Below, one piece after another: positions 45,614-58,292 of a stretch of 64,000 nt of DNA; position 1 is the first letter of the stretch; each line of letters opens with the position of its first letter. Both the position numbers and the translations under genes were made by a program. The stretch is from Macrostomum lignano (Eukaryota): positions 1 through 64,000 of the forward strand of contig NIVC01001389.1 of the NCBI GenBank assembly GCA_002269645.1. Direction: 5' to 3'. The notes under the pieces were generated by a model that made no database searches, was not told where the DNA came from, and worked only from the letters and a program-made list of their open reading frames with translations.

Positions 45614-46654
45614 ATAAAGTGTGTAAGACAAAGAAAAATGTATAAAATAAGGTATATAAAAAGTAAATAATTTTTAATAATCTAGCCTTTATTCCTTATC
45701 CTTATTGCTATTGCTGTTGCTAAATATATAAGAATATTTGGTTTCTTTTTCAACCTCAGCCTATTACTGGCTCTGCTTGCTGGTTCCCACTGTTGGCCAG
45801 CCACCTCTATTGTTGCAGTGACCAGTTGCACTGCAGCTTATCTTCTTGCTTCTTTTGCCCATTGCCTTTCTGCTGCGTGCTTCTCTTTTCTAGGTAAAGC
45901 TTAATGATAACTTTTGATAGGAAAGAGAATGTTGGGAAGTTTTGAAATTAAAATAAAGTACCCAAGTTAAATAGGGGAGAGAAACTGTCAGAGAGGGGAA
46001 AGAAACAGGTAGAGGGTTGAGAAACAAGAATCAGATAGGGGTTGATGGGTATATATAGATGGGTCATGGGTATATCTGACGCATTATCACATTGCACCTC
46101 GTTCTTGGCAGCTTCACTCTCTGAAGTTGTAACCTGCTGTTAGTATAAAGTGCAAACTTTGTGTTTGTTGTCCATACAGTCTGTTGCCTACATTCCCGAG
46201 ATTATGCTATGGACTTCTGTATACCTGGATGGAAGCAACTTGAAAAATGACCAAAATCCTATACCTAAAACATAGTACAGAGAGATGGGTAAAATCCTCA
46301 TGCTCAAATCCCATTAGTTCATAAGTGTAAATAGACAAAAATAGTTGGGTCCCCATGTGGTAAAGACTGTAAAATCCCCTTGAAACTATACTTATTTATT
46401 CTTTAAAATATACCTTATACCAGTACACACAGGCATGGTTCATTAGCAGTTTGCATAGCTTGGTTGTACCCACCCTACAGGAAAGACAACCATTCACAAA
46501 AGTGTATAGTAGAGCCCAGTTGATTTCTATAGACTTTCTAATTTCTAATTTCTATAGACTTGGGACTTCTATAGGTTGGGGTCGCATCCTTAGCTTTTTG
46601 CTTGTTAAAGCACATTGACATTGGTTGGTAAAACATTCAAACTGGATAGAAGCT

Positions 46655-46910
46655 TTCAGAGCCAAAATGTGTCACTTCATTGTCAAATTAGTTTTTGCCA
46701 TCTAATTGTGTGAGCAACTGTCAGAGCCAAAATGAATCACTTCATTATCAATTTAGTTTGCCATCTAATTGTGTGAGCAACTGTCAGAGCCAAAATGAAT
46801 CACTTCATTATCAATTTAGTTTGCCATCTAATTGTGTGAGCAACTGTCAGAGCCAAAATGAATCACTTCATTATCAAATAAGTTTTGCCATCTAATTGTG
46901 TGAGCAACTG
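46655..46910. repeat. 63-bp tandem repeat, about 4 copies
   Basis: cagagccaaaatgaatcacttcattatcaatttagtttgccatctaattgtgtgagcaactgt units. Confidence 0.92.
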
Positions 46911-46970
46911 CTCCAACCAATGCATGCCCAGTGCAAGACTCAATCGAACAGTTATGCCAGGCACTAAGCT

Positions 46971-49900
46971 ATGTCTGACAGCGATGACCTTGTAATCCTG
47001 AGTCCGCCAACTGCCCGGAAAGGATTTCAAGGCCACCTGCTAATCAGCCCCGAGCGGGTCAAGAAGGAGCCAGCTGTGCAGATTGGCATGGTCAGGCCCT
47101 CCCTGTCTGCAGCAGCCACTAGCAATATTAATACTCAGCCAGGTCTGTCAGTTCCTCTACTAAACTCTCAGTCTGCCTCCAGGACTTTGAGCATTCCTAG
47201 TTCGCGTGTTCCTGTTACTTCCAGGTGAGGAATTTAGTTTAACTGGGGGTCACAGCATTCCAGGCCCACGGTGGGCTCATTAGAAGTACAATAAGTACTG
47301 TGTTATCCAAAGCCACCAACCCCCACTCCACCGCAGGCACCCCGCCATCGTATCGGCAGCAGCTGCAGGCGGCCCCAGGCTCAACCCGGCTCTGCAGACC
47401 CCCGGCCCAGGACTGTATTATCGCACTGTGAATCATCGAGAGCAGCAGCTCGACCCGCAGCCTCATCAGCAGCTCCAGCAGCAGCAGCAGCAAGCAGCCA
47501 AGAGCTCACTAATTCAATCCGGAATGCCTGGCCCTCCAACCGCTCAGCTTCCCGGCCAGCCGGCCAGTTCCTTCGTCATCAACAGCCAGTCTGGGGCGCC
47601 TCGTGTTGACCAGACCGCCCCTGTGCTGCTGGACTCCCGCCTGATCCTGTCTCACGTGTCCCCGCTGGAGAATCACGACTCGCACCAGCTGCTCAACCAG
47701 ATCAAGTATCCGCACGAGCCCTCTGCCATTATCAAATGCATCGAGTGCTGCGACCAGTTCTACTTCCGGCACTGCTACCAGCATCACAGGTTTGCTCTTT
47801 GTCTGGGAGATTTGAGTATGGTGGATTGCTAACCTAGCCAATTTCAAATGAATTATAATCCAATGGATTGCTAGTCAGTCCGTCCATTTAATGCCCTTTA
47901 ATCCCTTTCCCTCGTCGCCAGGGAGCGCCAGGTGGTGTCCATCACCTACAACTGCGAGATCTGCAACCGCAAGCTGGCCTTCTACAACAAGTGCGCCCTG
48001 TTCGCCCACGTCCGCACGCACAAGCTGGGCTCCGTTGACCCCAGCAAGCTGACCATCTGCAGCCTACCGCTGCCCAAGCTCAAGACCCTGAGCGAGGTCA
48101 GCCTGAAGCAGGGAGTGTCCCAGCTGGAGCAGGCGCACGCCAAGTACCAGGAGGCGTTGAAGGCTCTCAACGCCTGCCTGCCGCCGGGCAGTCAGCAGCA
48201 TCAGCAGCAGCTGTTGCAGCAGGTCGGCCAGCTCGGCGCCAACTTGAACCTGACCGGCGCCGGAGCGTCCACTGCGGCCGCCTCAGCGTCCGCCACTACG
48301 GCTTCCGCCGCCACCTCCACGGCTGCCGCCACCGCCGGGCTTCCCGGGACGTCGTCAGGCAGCGCCGTGGTGCCGATCACCATCGACCTTGAAGAGGGCA
48401 GCGGCGCCGGTGGCGGCTCCGACTCCGCTGCCAACTCTGTTGCTGGAGATGTCGCTGCGACTGTCGCCACCGACATGAGCGCAGCTTCGACTGCCTCTGG
48501 GGCGGCCGGCCAAGAGGCCAAGGACTCCCGCCCGACTGCCGTTGTGGAGCCGGCTGTTCTCCAGGTTGGCGCGGGCTGAATGATATGGGGGAAAGCGTGG
48601 TGGCGGTTCCTCCCTCATCACTCATTCCCCACTGCTCCCCTGTCCCGCAGTCCCACCCTCATCACTTATTTCCCACTGCTCCCCTGTCCCACAGTCCCAA
48701 CCAGATCACTCATTCCCCACTGCTCCCCTGTCCCACAGTCCCAACCAGATCACTCATTCCCCACTGCTCCCCTGTCCCACAGTCCCCACCAGATCACTCA
48801 TTCCCCACTGCTCCCCTGTCCCGCAGTCGCTGGTCGTCTTCGGCCAAGGCGACGCCGCCCCGGCCGAAGCCGCGGCCTCCTCGGCTTCAACGATTCCTCG
48901 GCCGCGCCAGCAGCAAACCTGCGGAGTCTGCGGCGGCTCATTCGACAGTCTGGCCGTCCACCTGGGCGACAGCCTGAAGGAGTGCCCGCTGTGCAAGAAA
49001 TTCGTGCCCGACAGCCGCTGCGCCCTCCGAGCCCACTTCCGGCTGCACTTGTCCGCCCCAGGCCCGTGTCCGGAGTGCGGCGAGGAGGTGGCCCCGGCCA
49101 CCGCCACCCAGCTGGAGCGGGAGGTGGCCATGCGGGTTCACCTGAGGTCGCAGTGCTTGCACCTGCAGCGCTCCAAGGTGTTCATCTGCCTGAAATGCGA
49201 GTACCCGCCCAGGGCTTTCTCAGCTCTGAGGCAGCTGGCTGACCACATCATTCACAGTCACACTGAGAAGTTCTTCAAGTGTACCGTGTGCACCCTGGCC
49301 TTCAGGCACACCAACCAGCTGGCTGCCCACCTGGAGAAGGAGCACAACTCGCAGCTAACTGGTATGCGGCTTCTTCTTTAGCGGCCGTTCCCCAGTACTG
49401 CCCCACTGGATATGGTCCTATGAGCATGTCCCATTGACCCTATAGATATGTCCCCATTGATCCTTTAGATAAGATGTGTCCCCATTGATCCTTTAGATAA
49501 GATATGTCCCCATTGATCCTTTAGATAAAATATGTCCCCATTGATCCTTTAGATAAGATATGTCCCCATTGATCCTTTAGATAAGATATGTCCCCATTGA
49601 TCCTTTAGATAAGATATGTCCCCATTGATCCTTTAGATAAGATATGTCCCCATTGATCCTTTAGATAAGATATGTCCCCATTGATCCTTTAGATAAGATA
49701 TGCCCCCATTGATCCTTTAGATAAGATATGTCCCCATTGATCCTTTAGATAAGATATGTCCCCATTGATCCTTTAGATAAGATATGTCCCAATTGATCCT
49801 TTAGATAAGATATGTCCCCATTGATCCTTTAGATAAGATGTGTCCCCATTGATCTTCAGGTCCCTTGTTCTTGTCCTATGTACATCCCTCGGTCTTATGG

Positions 49901-51548
49901 ACATGCCACCTCAGTCCTATGTACATGTCCCCTCGGTCCTATGGACATGCCACCTCGGTCCTATGGACATGCCACCTCGGTCCTATGGACATGTCCCTCT
50001 CGGTCCTATGGACATGTCCCTCTCGGTCCTATGGACATGTCCCCTTGGTCCTATGGACATGCCCCCTTGGTCCTATGGACATGCCCCCTTGGTCCTATGT
50101 ACATGCCCCCTTGGTCCTATGGACATGCCGGTCATGCCCCCTTGGTCCTATGGACATGTCCCCTTGGTCCTATGGACATGCCCCCTTGGTCCTATGGACA
50201 TGCCACACCAGCTGTCTCTATGCTAACCAGACAAAATGGTTCCAACTGCTGTCCGCAGGCAAGCCGGCCAAGATCTTCAAGTGCCCTATCTGCGACCTGA
50301 TCTTCAACGACTCCAGCAACCTGGGCAAGCACCTGCTCACCCACCTGCCCCACCAGCTGTTCTGCAAGTCTGCCATGGCCTTTCGCTGCCTGGACAGTTG
50401 CCGCCAGATCTTCCTGGAGAAGAAGGGCCTCAAGCGTCACCTGAACACCTGCCGCAGCACGGTGGTCACCGACGCCAACCTGCCCTGTGTGCTCTGCGAA
50501 ATCAACGTCAGCTTCTTCAACAACGTCGCCGAGCTGCGTTCGCACGAGGAGACCCACCTGAACCAAACCGCCGGCGGCTGGTGCCCCAACTGCGAGACCG
50601 AGGTGCCCGCCAACCTCCTGGACCACCTGCGCCAGGAGCAGAAGGCCAAGGACATCAAGGAGGGCCGCATCCAGGAGGAGCAGCAGAAGCAGGAGAAGCC
50701 GCAGAAGCAGCAACAGCAAGTGCAAGAGCCAAAGCAGCAGAAACCGGATGCAAAGCAGTCAGAGCAGCAGCAGCAGCAGCAGGTCAAGGTCACGTGCCAC
50801 TGCGGTCGGGAAATGTCAGGCGCATCCGAGGTGGCCAAGTGAGTCTGGGAGTCTGAAATTTGAAATTCGAAATTTCTTCGTAAGCAAAGCTTTAAACTAA
50901 TTAGGTGGCGAGGCATTGACCCACCATAAAGGAGTTATATTTTCTCCCGCCTTGTACCCATGCAATAACCGTAGCACATGATTGAAATTGAACACCCATC
51001 GCCAGGCACACCTCGGAGGCCGCCCATCCCATCGTGCCGGAGGCCCAGCTGGTGAATCCGCAGTCGGGCCCCAGCGTGCTGTACCGCTGCCGCGACTGCC
51101 CGACTCAGCTGCCCTGCACTGAGCTCACCGAGCACATCTTTGCTCAGCACCCCGGCCTGTGCTACCTGTGCAACTCAGCTCAGCGCAGCTCCGCCCACCT
51201 GCTGGCCTGCCTCCTGGCCGGTGCTCGCATGGAAGGCAGTCAGCTAGACGACGACGCCGGCGCCTCGTCCGAGGCAGCGTCGGCGGCGCAAAGCCGGCCG
51301 CCAGGTCGGGGTTCAAGCGGCCAGCCGAGCGGGAGCAGCAACAGCAGCGGGAGCAGCAGAAGCCGGAGCCGGCCAAGATTGCCCGCGTCTCCTCGTCGGC
51401 CGCCGCTGAAGAGTCGGCGTCTCCGCCAGCCTCGGCCTCGGCCGCCACCGCGACATCCAGCGGCCTGGCCTGCGGCGAGTGCGGCATGCGCTTCCTGACC
51501 AAGTCCGCGCTGCAGGTGCACCGGGTGGCCACCAGGCATGATTTGTAA
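46971..51548 (+). CDS. Multi-C2H2 zinc-finger protein, ZNF532/ZNF592/ZNF687 family
   Basis: Exons 46971-47224, 47337-47789, 47922-48564, 48827-49361, 50259-50838, 51006-51548, phases consistent. Family motif CIECCDQF...HHR|ERQVVSITYNCEICNRKLAFYNKCALFAHVRTHK; further fingers CPLC..CALRAHFRLH, CTVC, CPICD. One 1-nt correction needed near 51290. Confidence 0.85.
48615..48826. repeat. 44-bp tandem repeat made of the 3' splice-site region, 5 copies
   Basis: cactcattccccactgctcccctgtccc(g/a)cag units, with CAG ending at 48650, 48694, 48738, 48782, 48826. Confidence 0.92.
49440..50205. repeat. 28-bp and 22-bp minisatellites in a ZNF intron
   Basis: gatcctttagataagatatgtccccatt (about 49440-49855); ggtcctatggacatgccccctt (about 49880-50205). 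Confidence 0.95.
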
Positions 51549-51584
51549 CTCCCTGATTGATTGATCGAATCGATGCACATGGAC

Positions 51585-53785
51585 TAATCAATTGATACAC
51601 TGTTGATCAATTGATACACTGACTATTTATCAATTGATACACTGACTATTGATAAATTGATTCACTGACTATTGATAAATTGATACACTGACTATTGATA
51701 AATTGATACACTGAATATTGATCAATTGATACACTGACTGTTGATAAATTGATACACTGACTATTGATAAATTGATACACTGACTATTGATCAGTTGATA
51801 CACTGACTGTTGATAAATTGATACACTGACTATTGATCAATTGATACACTGACTATTGATCAATTGATACACTGACTATTGATAAATTGATACACTGACT
51901 ATTGATCAGTTGATACACTGACTGTTGATAAATTGATACACTGACTGTTGATCAATTGATACACTGACTGTTGATCAATTGATACACTGACTATTGATCA
52001 ATTGATACACTGACTGTTGATCAATTGATACACTGACTATTGATCAATTGATACACTGACTGTTGATCAATTGATACACTGACTATTTATCAATTGATAC
52101 ACTGACTGTTGATCAATTGATACACTGACTATTTATCAATTGATACACTGACTATTGATCAATTGATACACTGACTATTGATCAATTGATACACTGACTA
52201 TTGATAAATTGATACACTGACTATTGATCAGTTGATACACTGACTGTTGATAAATTGATACACTGACTATTGATCAATTGATACACTGACTATTGATAAA
52301 TTGATACACTGACTGTTGATAAATTGATACACTGACTATTGATCAATTGATACACTGACTATTGATAAATTGATACACTGACTATTGATCAGTTGATACA
52401 CTGACTGTTGATAAATTGATACACTGACTGTTGATCAATTGATACACTGACTATTGATCAGTTGATACACTGACTGTTGATAAATTGATACACTGACTGT
52501 TGATCAATTGATACACTGACTGTTGATCAATTGATACACTGACTGTTGATCAATTGATACACTGACTATTGATAAATTGATACACTGACTATTGATCAGT
52601 TGATACACTGACTGTTGATCAATTGATACACTGACTGTTGATCAATTGATGCACTGACTGTTGATAAATTGATACACTGACTATTGATCAGTTGATACAC
52701 TGACTGTTGATAAATTGATACACTGACTGTTGATCAATTGATACACTGACTGTTGATCAATTGATACACTGACTATTGATCAATTGATACACTGACTGTT
52801 GATCAATTGATACACTGACTATTGATCAATTGATACACTGACTGTTGATCAATTGATACACTGACTATTTATCAATTGATACACTGACTGTTGATCAATT
52901 GATACACTGACTATTTATCAATTGATACACTGACTATTGATCAATTGATACACTGACTATTGATCAATTGATACACTGACTATTGATAAATTGATACACT
53001 GACTATTGATCAGTTGATACACTGACTGTTGATAAATTGATACACTGACTATTGATCAATTGATACACTGACTATTGATAAATTGATACACTGACTGTTG
53101 ATAAATTGATACACTGACTATTGATCAATTGATACACTGACTATTGATAAATTGATACACTGACTATTGATCAGTTGATACACTGACTGTTGATAAATTG
53201 ATACACTGACTGTTGATCAATTGATACACTGACTATTGATCAGTTGATACACTGACTGTTGATAAATTGATACACTGACTGTTGATCAATTGATACACTG
53301 ACTGTTGATCAATTGATACACTGACTGTTGATCAATTGATACACTGACTATTGATAAATTGATACACTGACTATTGATCAGTTGATACACTGACTGTTGA
53401 TCAATTGATACACTGACTGTTGATCAATTGATGCACTGACTGTTGATCAATTGATACACTGACTGTTGATCAATTGATGCACTGGCTGTTGATCAATTGA
53501 TACACTGGCTGTTGATCAATTGATACACTGGCTGTTGATCAATTGATACACTGACTGTTGATCAGTTGATACACTGACTGTTGATCAATTGATACACTGA
53601 CTGTTGATCAGTTGATACACTGACTGTTGATCAATTGATACACTGACTATTGATAAATTGATACACTGACTATTGATCAGTTGATACACTGACTGTTGAT
53701 CAATTGATACACTGACTGTTGATCAATTGATGCACTGACTGTTGATCAATTGATACACTGACTGTTGATCAATTGATGCACTGGC
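51585..53785. repeat. 23-bp satellite, about 2.2 kb, with a 782-bp higher-order duplication
   Basis: tgatcaattgatacactgactat units; variant patterns recur at offset 782. Confidence 0.96.
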
Positions 53786-54714
53786 TAAGCTACTGGACGA
53801 ACAATTCATAAATTTTTCAGTAACTATTGATAATTGATGGACTAATTGCTGTTTCATCTGATTTCAATTAAAAATTTAAATTCGCGAAATGTTCTCTCGC
53901 TTTTTCTGTTTTCCTTGCTGTTAAAAATCTTTCGCTTTTCACGCTGTCCTGTCTGTTGCTATGGCTTTATTTTGTTTTCTTTTGCATTCTCACTTCTAGC
54001 CCAGGATGCTGTGTGCTGCATCAAATTATTGTTTTTGTTATCTCCGTCTGTCAGCAGTGCTGTTTCCACCTGTTTAATTTTTTTCAATAGCCCCCCCCCC
54101 TCATTAAATCTGAATGCCAGCCGTTCTCCCGCATTATTGCCGTCTTTACATCACTATTCCCCCATATGCTACTATTAGTAATAACAAAAAATTAAACTTT
54201 TTTATTCCTTCTTTGTTCTGCTTTGAATTTTGATGATGTCTTGCTCCGCGCTTTGCGGTGACCCAAAACTCCTCGCATTGCTTGCTATTTGTATATAGAA
54301 TTGGCGCAACTCTCTTCTTGTTAAGACGTTTCACATTTCCTTTCTGCACTTCAACTACTGGAATTGCAGCAGTAGTATGATTTGCGTGCACTGCACTAGA
54401 TTTATTAGACTCACTGAATTTTTAACCGCTATTTCTCCAGTTTTCCACTCCACTTATGAAATGCCAAAAAAGCTTGGATCTTGCTGGCCTGACACTAACC
54501 ATATTTATCGTTTGCTTGTGTGCGTCCTTGAACTCTGTTGCGCATCCCTCTGTTCCTTTGACACTAATTTTCTTTTACTGGCTGAAAGTTGAATAAACTG
54601 CGTTAATTTCCATCTCTGTGTTTTCAATTCCTAGCTGTCTGTTTGCTATTGTTGATAATGAGCTTGTGCTGGATTGCCTCCTTGTCTTGCACTTGTTTTT
54701 GGTCTCACAGGGCC

Positions 54715-55085
54715 CTCTCTTTGATCCTTCAGTGCCCCTCTATGATCCTTCAGTGCCCTCTTTGATCCTTCAGTGCCCCTCTTTGATCCTTCAGTGCCCC
54801 TCTTTGATCCTTCAGTGCCCCTCTTTGATTCTTCAGTGCCCCTCTGATCATTCAGGGCCCCTCTATGACCCTTCAGGGCCCCTATTTGATTCTTCAGTGC
54901 CCCTCTCTGATCCTTCAGGGCCCCTCTTTGATCCTTCAGTGCCCCTCTGATCCTTCAGGGCCCCTCTGTGACCCTTCACTGCCCCATTCTCTGTGACCCT
55001 TCACTGCCCCACTCTGTGACCCTTCACTGCCCCACTCTGTGACCCTTCACTGCCCCACTCTGTGACCCTTCACTGCCCCACTCGC
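54715..55085. repeat. 21-bp then 23-bp minisatellites
   Basis: tttgatccttcagtgcccctc and tctgtgacccttcactgccccac units. Confidence 0.9.
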
Positions 55086-55959
55086 TGCCTGGTCACTGAG
55101 CGATGTTTAAAAATGCAGCCCCTGGCAACACCGCTGGGCAATCTGGATTCCCCAATCCGTCCACGTCTGTCCGATTTAGCGGTTTTTTTAGGCCGGGTCG
55201 GCCATGTTTCCTCCATCTATAATCCGGCTTCCAGTTTCCCAATTTTTGCCCCATCATCAACAATCCGTCCGGCATTCGCGACAGCCGGTGCAGCTGGCGC
55301 CCCCCCCCCGGGCCAGGAGATCTCCATCGGGGGGGGGGAGCCAGCCGGGCAATTATCCCCCAGCTCGGGCTCGTGTTGTTTTTCTGCCGGTCCAGTTTTG
55401 CTTTGGTGTCGGTTTGTTAGCCTTGGGGGCCGGAGCTGCTGGGCGGGCCTGGCGCTCCATAAACTTGCGCCGTTTCCGTTTACCGGCCGGCTTCGCTTTC
55501 TCTCGGCTTGTTGCTTCTGTAGCGTCTGTTGCTTTTTGTTGCTTCTGTGCTGCTTCCGCGTGCCCATGGATTCATCAGCGGGGGAGGGCGGCAGTCTTGC
55601 CATTCGGCCATCCGCGTGATAAATTATGCGCGACATCGTTCTCTGCCAGCTGCGGTCGTCTTATTGGTATTGCGCGAGTTGTTGAAAAACCGGAAGCGCC
55701 GGATGCTGTGTGACATCCTTGTTGCATATCTGGTAAGGGAATGTGGCTGCAAGTCGCCGCCGTCCCTGGAGTTCACAGTAGCTGGAGACTTTTTCGTTTC
55801 TAAGAAACTGTCAGATTGGTCATTTTCACCTGTCCATCATACGTGTGCTCAAGTACTGACTCATTTAGAGCTTCAACGCCAGCTCCCGTGGCACAAAATG
55901 ACTAAAAGTTCATGCCAGTGTAGTTTTTCCATGCCGCAGTTATTGCACGGCGTACCTGA

Positions 55960-56179
55960 ATTCTGCGTACGGCTGTTCAGTCCAAATACTGGGGGGTCGC
56001 CACACACAGCCTCAATTACCCCAGCTAATGCTGGCACCCGTTTTACAGCTGGATGAACTGAAGCAATGGAGAGTTAAGTGGTCTTGCTCAAGGACACAAA
56101 TTGTTCCAGTGGGATCGGGAATCGAACCCCCGACTTTCAAGTCCTGAGTCTGATGCTCTGACCACTAGGCTACAGCCCC
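55960..56179 (-). mobile_element. tRNA-derived SINE, copy 2
   Basis: Reverse complement ggggctgtagcctagtggtcagagc...ggttcgattcccgatcccactggaacaatttgtgtccttgagcaag...; same family as 27133-27360, including the ggactgaacagccg tail. Confidence 0.85.
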
Positions 56180-56664
56180 CTCTCCAACATCCAAGTACAT
56201 GATGGACTTATGAGATTGATCATTCTCAAGTAGGTCATTGGCATCGGCACGGTAGTGCAGTTTGGACTTCTCCACTTCTCGTTCATTGGTTTCATCAGCA
56301 ACACAACCTGCAGGAGCTTCAGCACAACGAGCGGTACTTTTTTGAGTTTTTTTCTTTAAAAAATCTGCGACAAGTTTGTTAAAACGCTCGGGGACTGCAT
56401 TCCACGCAACTGCGCTGATCGGAAGAGAAAGTACATCAGTGTTACCGGTGCCTGCATCCGTATTACAGTCTTTTCTATGCGAATTAACCGCCCTTGGATT
56501 GTCTTGAACTGTATGGGACAGAATTCTGCCCAAGCCAGAGACGCGCTGAAAGAAGCGCGTTAATACTTGAGCGGCTGGCACCGTTGCGGCACTGTAAAAT
56601 GCAGAAGTCAAGTCATTCTGATCAATTTTGGAGACTAAATAAACTTGTCAACGCGACAACCATT

Positions 56665-57450
56665 GTTCTTTACCTGTTTGTCCGAGTCTGTCAGCTGATG
56701 ATGGACAGGTAGCTGTTTACCTGTTTGTCCGTGTCTGTCAGCTGATGATGGACAGACAAGTAGCTGTTTACCTGTTCGTCCGTGTCTGTCAGCTGATGAT
56801 GGACAGGTAGTTCTTTACCTGTTTGTCCGTGTCTGTCAGCTGATGATGAACAGGTAGTTGTTTACCTGTTTGTCCGTGTCTGTCAGCTGATGATGGACAG
56901 GTAGTTCTTTACCTGTTTGTCCGTGTCTGTCAGCTGATGATGGACAGGTAGTTGTTTACCTGTTTGTCCGTGTCTGTCAGCTGATGATGGACAGGTAGTT
57001 CTTTACCTGTTTGTCCGTGTCTGTCAGCTGATGATGGACAGGTAGTTGTTTACCTGTTTGTCCGTGTCTGTCAGCTGATGATGGACAGGTAGTTGTTTAC
57101 CTGTTTGTCCGTGTCTGTCAGCTGATGATGGACAGGTAGTTGTTTACCTGTTTGTCCGTGTCTGTCAGCTGATGATGGACAGGTAGTTCTTTACCTGTTT
57201 GTCCGTGTCTGTCAGCTGATGATGGACAGACGGGTAGCTGTTTACCTGTTTGTCCGTGTCTGTCAGCTGATGATGGACAGACAGGTAGTTGTTTACCTGT
57301 TTGTCCGTGTCTGTCAGCTGATGATGGACAGGTAGCTGTTTACCTGTTTGTCCGAGTCTGTCAGCTGATGATGGACAGGTAGCTGTTTACCTGTTTGTCC
57401 GTGTCTGTCAGCTGATGATGGAATGGAGAGGTAGCTGTTTACCTGTTTGT
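56665..57450. repeat. 47-bp minisatellite with an internal hairpin (acaggta...tacctgt)
   Basis: Period checked at 56944 vs 56991. Confidence 0.95.
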
Positions 57451-58292
57451 CAGCTGGTGTCTCAACTCACGAAGAAGATCATACATGTAACGCCCGCCTG
57501 CTGACTTGAATGCGCGGGCGAGCACTGCACAGCTGTTTGAGAAGAGGCCTCTTGGCTGGGTTCAAGCCGAATCCAGTAAAAGACCTGCAAGACAATGTGA
57601 CGCAATGAGACTCCTGGAACACGCGGCTCGGCTCCCATAGACCGGCCGGATTCTCCCCGGCAGTCCCAAGAGGCCGGCCACAATGGTAAATCATCGCGTC
57701 GCTCCGCCGGCAGCAAATCATGACTGTTTCATGAGGCAGGCGAGGCAGTAGGTGCGGGCGAAATTAAATAAATCACTGCGCCCCAGCTGCCCCACCCCGA
57801 GTTTCTTACAAGCTACTGGTCCCCCCAGACACAGATTTGTCTAAGCTTTCAGCTTCTGCGCCCCATCACTGAGAGCTCTCCGCTCTTCCAGCCGCTGCCC
57901 GGAGTCGCCACCGATGTCTCCAAGGGGACTCGGCGAGCCACAATTGGATTATGGGGGGCTTGTGAGAAGGGCTTGTAAATTGTAGCTCTTTGCCCAATTC
58001 AGCGGCTTGTGTGGCGGCGGCCTGGCCAGCGCCTTGGCCTGCCTCTGCCGCGGAATTGCCGAGCAAATTGGCGGGCATTGGCTCTCATTCAGCCAATAAG
58101 GCGGAATCAATACCCGGCCCGCCTGGCCCGCCTCTGATTGGCTGGGCCGCCTGCCTGCCCATCATCTGCGCAGCGTACATTCATAATGCGATTCCCTCGG
58201 CCTCGAGTCCCGCAATAACTCTGCGCGGACTCACCGCCGCCCTGCTACTGGGAGCCACAGGCCAAGGCAGGCAGACAGACAGACAGCCAAGG

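Noticed and set aside
53850-54700. Possible LINE RT-flank remnant (SKLFWHF-like motif on the minus strand)
   Set aside because: Similarity too weak to support by eye.
56100-56179. Apparent tRNA gene (also at 27133)
   Set aside because: A and B boxes are present but the acceptor stem does not pair, and both copies continue into a shared SINE body.
55060-57720. Possible minus-strand gene from ORFs 55217-55636, 56165-56611 and an exon-like segment 57463-57585
   Set aside because: No recognisable domain, interrupted by a SINE, and I could not build a consistent splice model. Needs RNA-seq.
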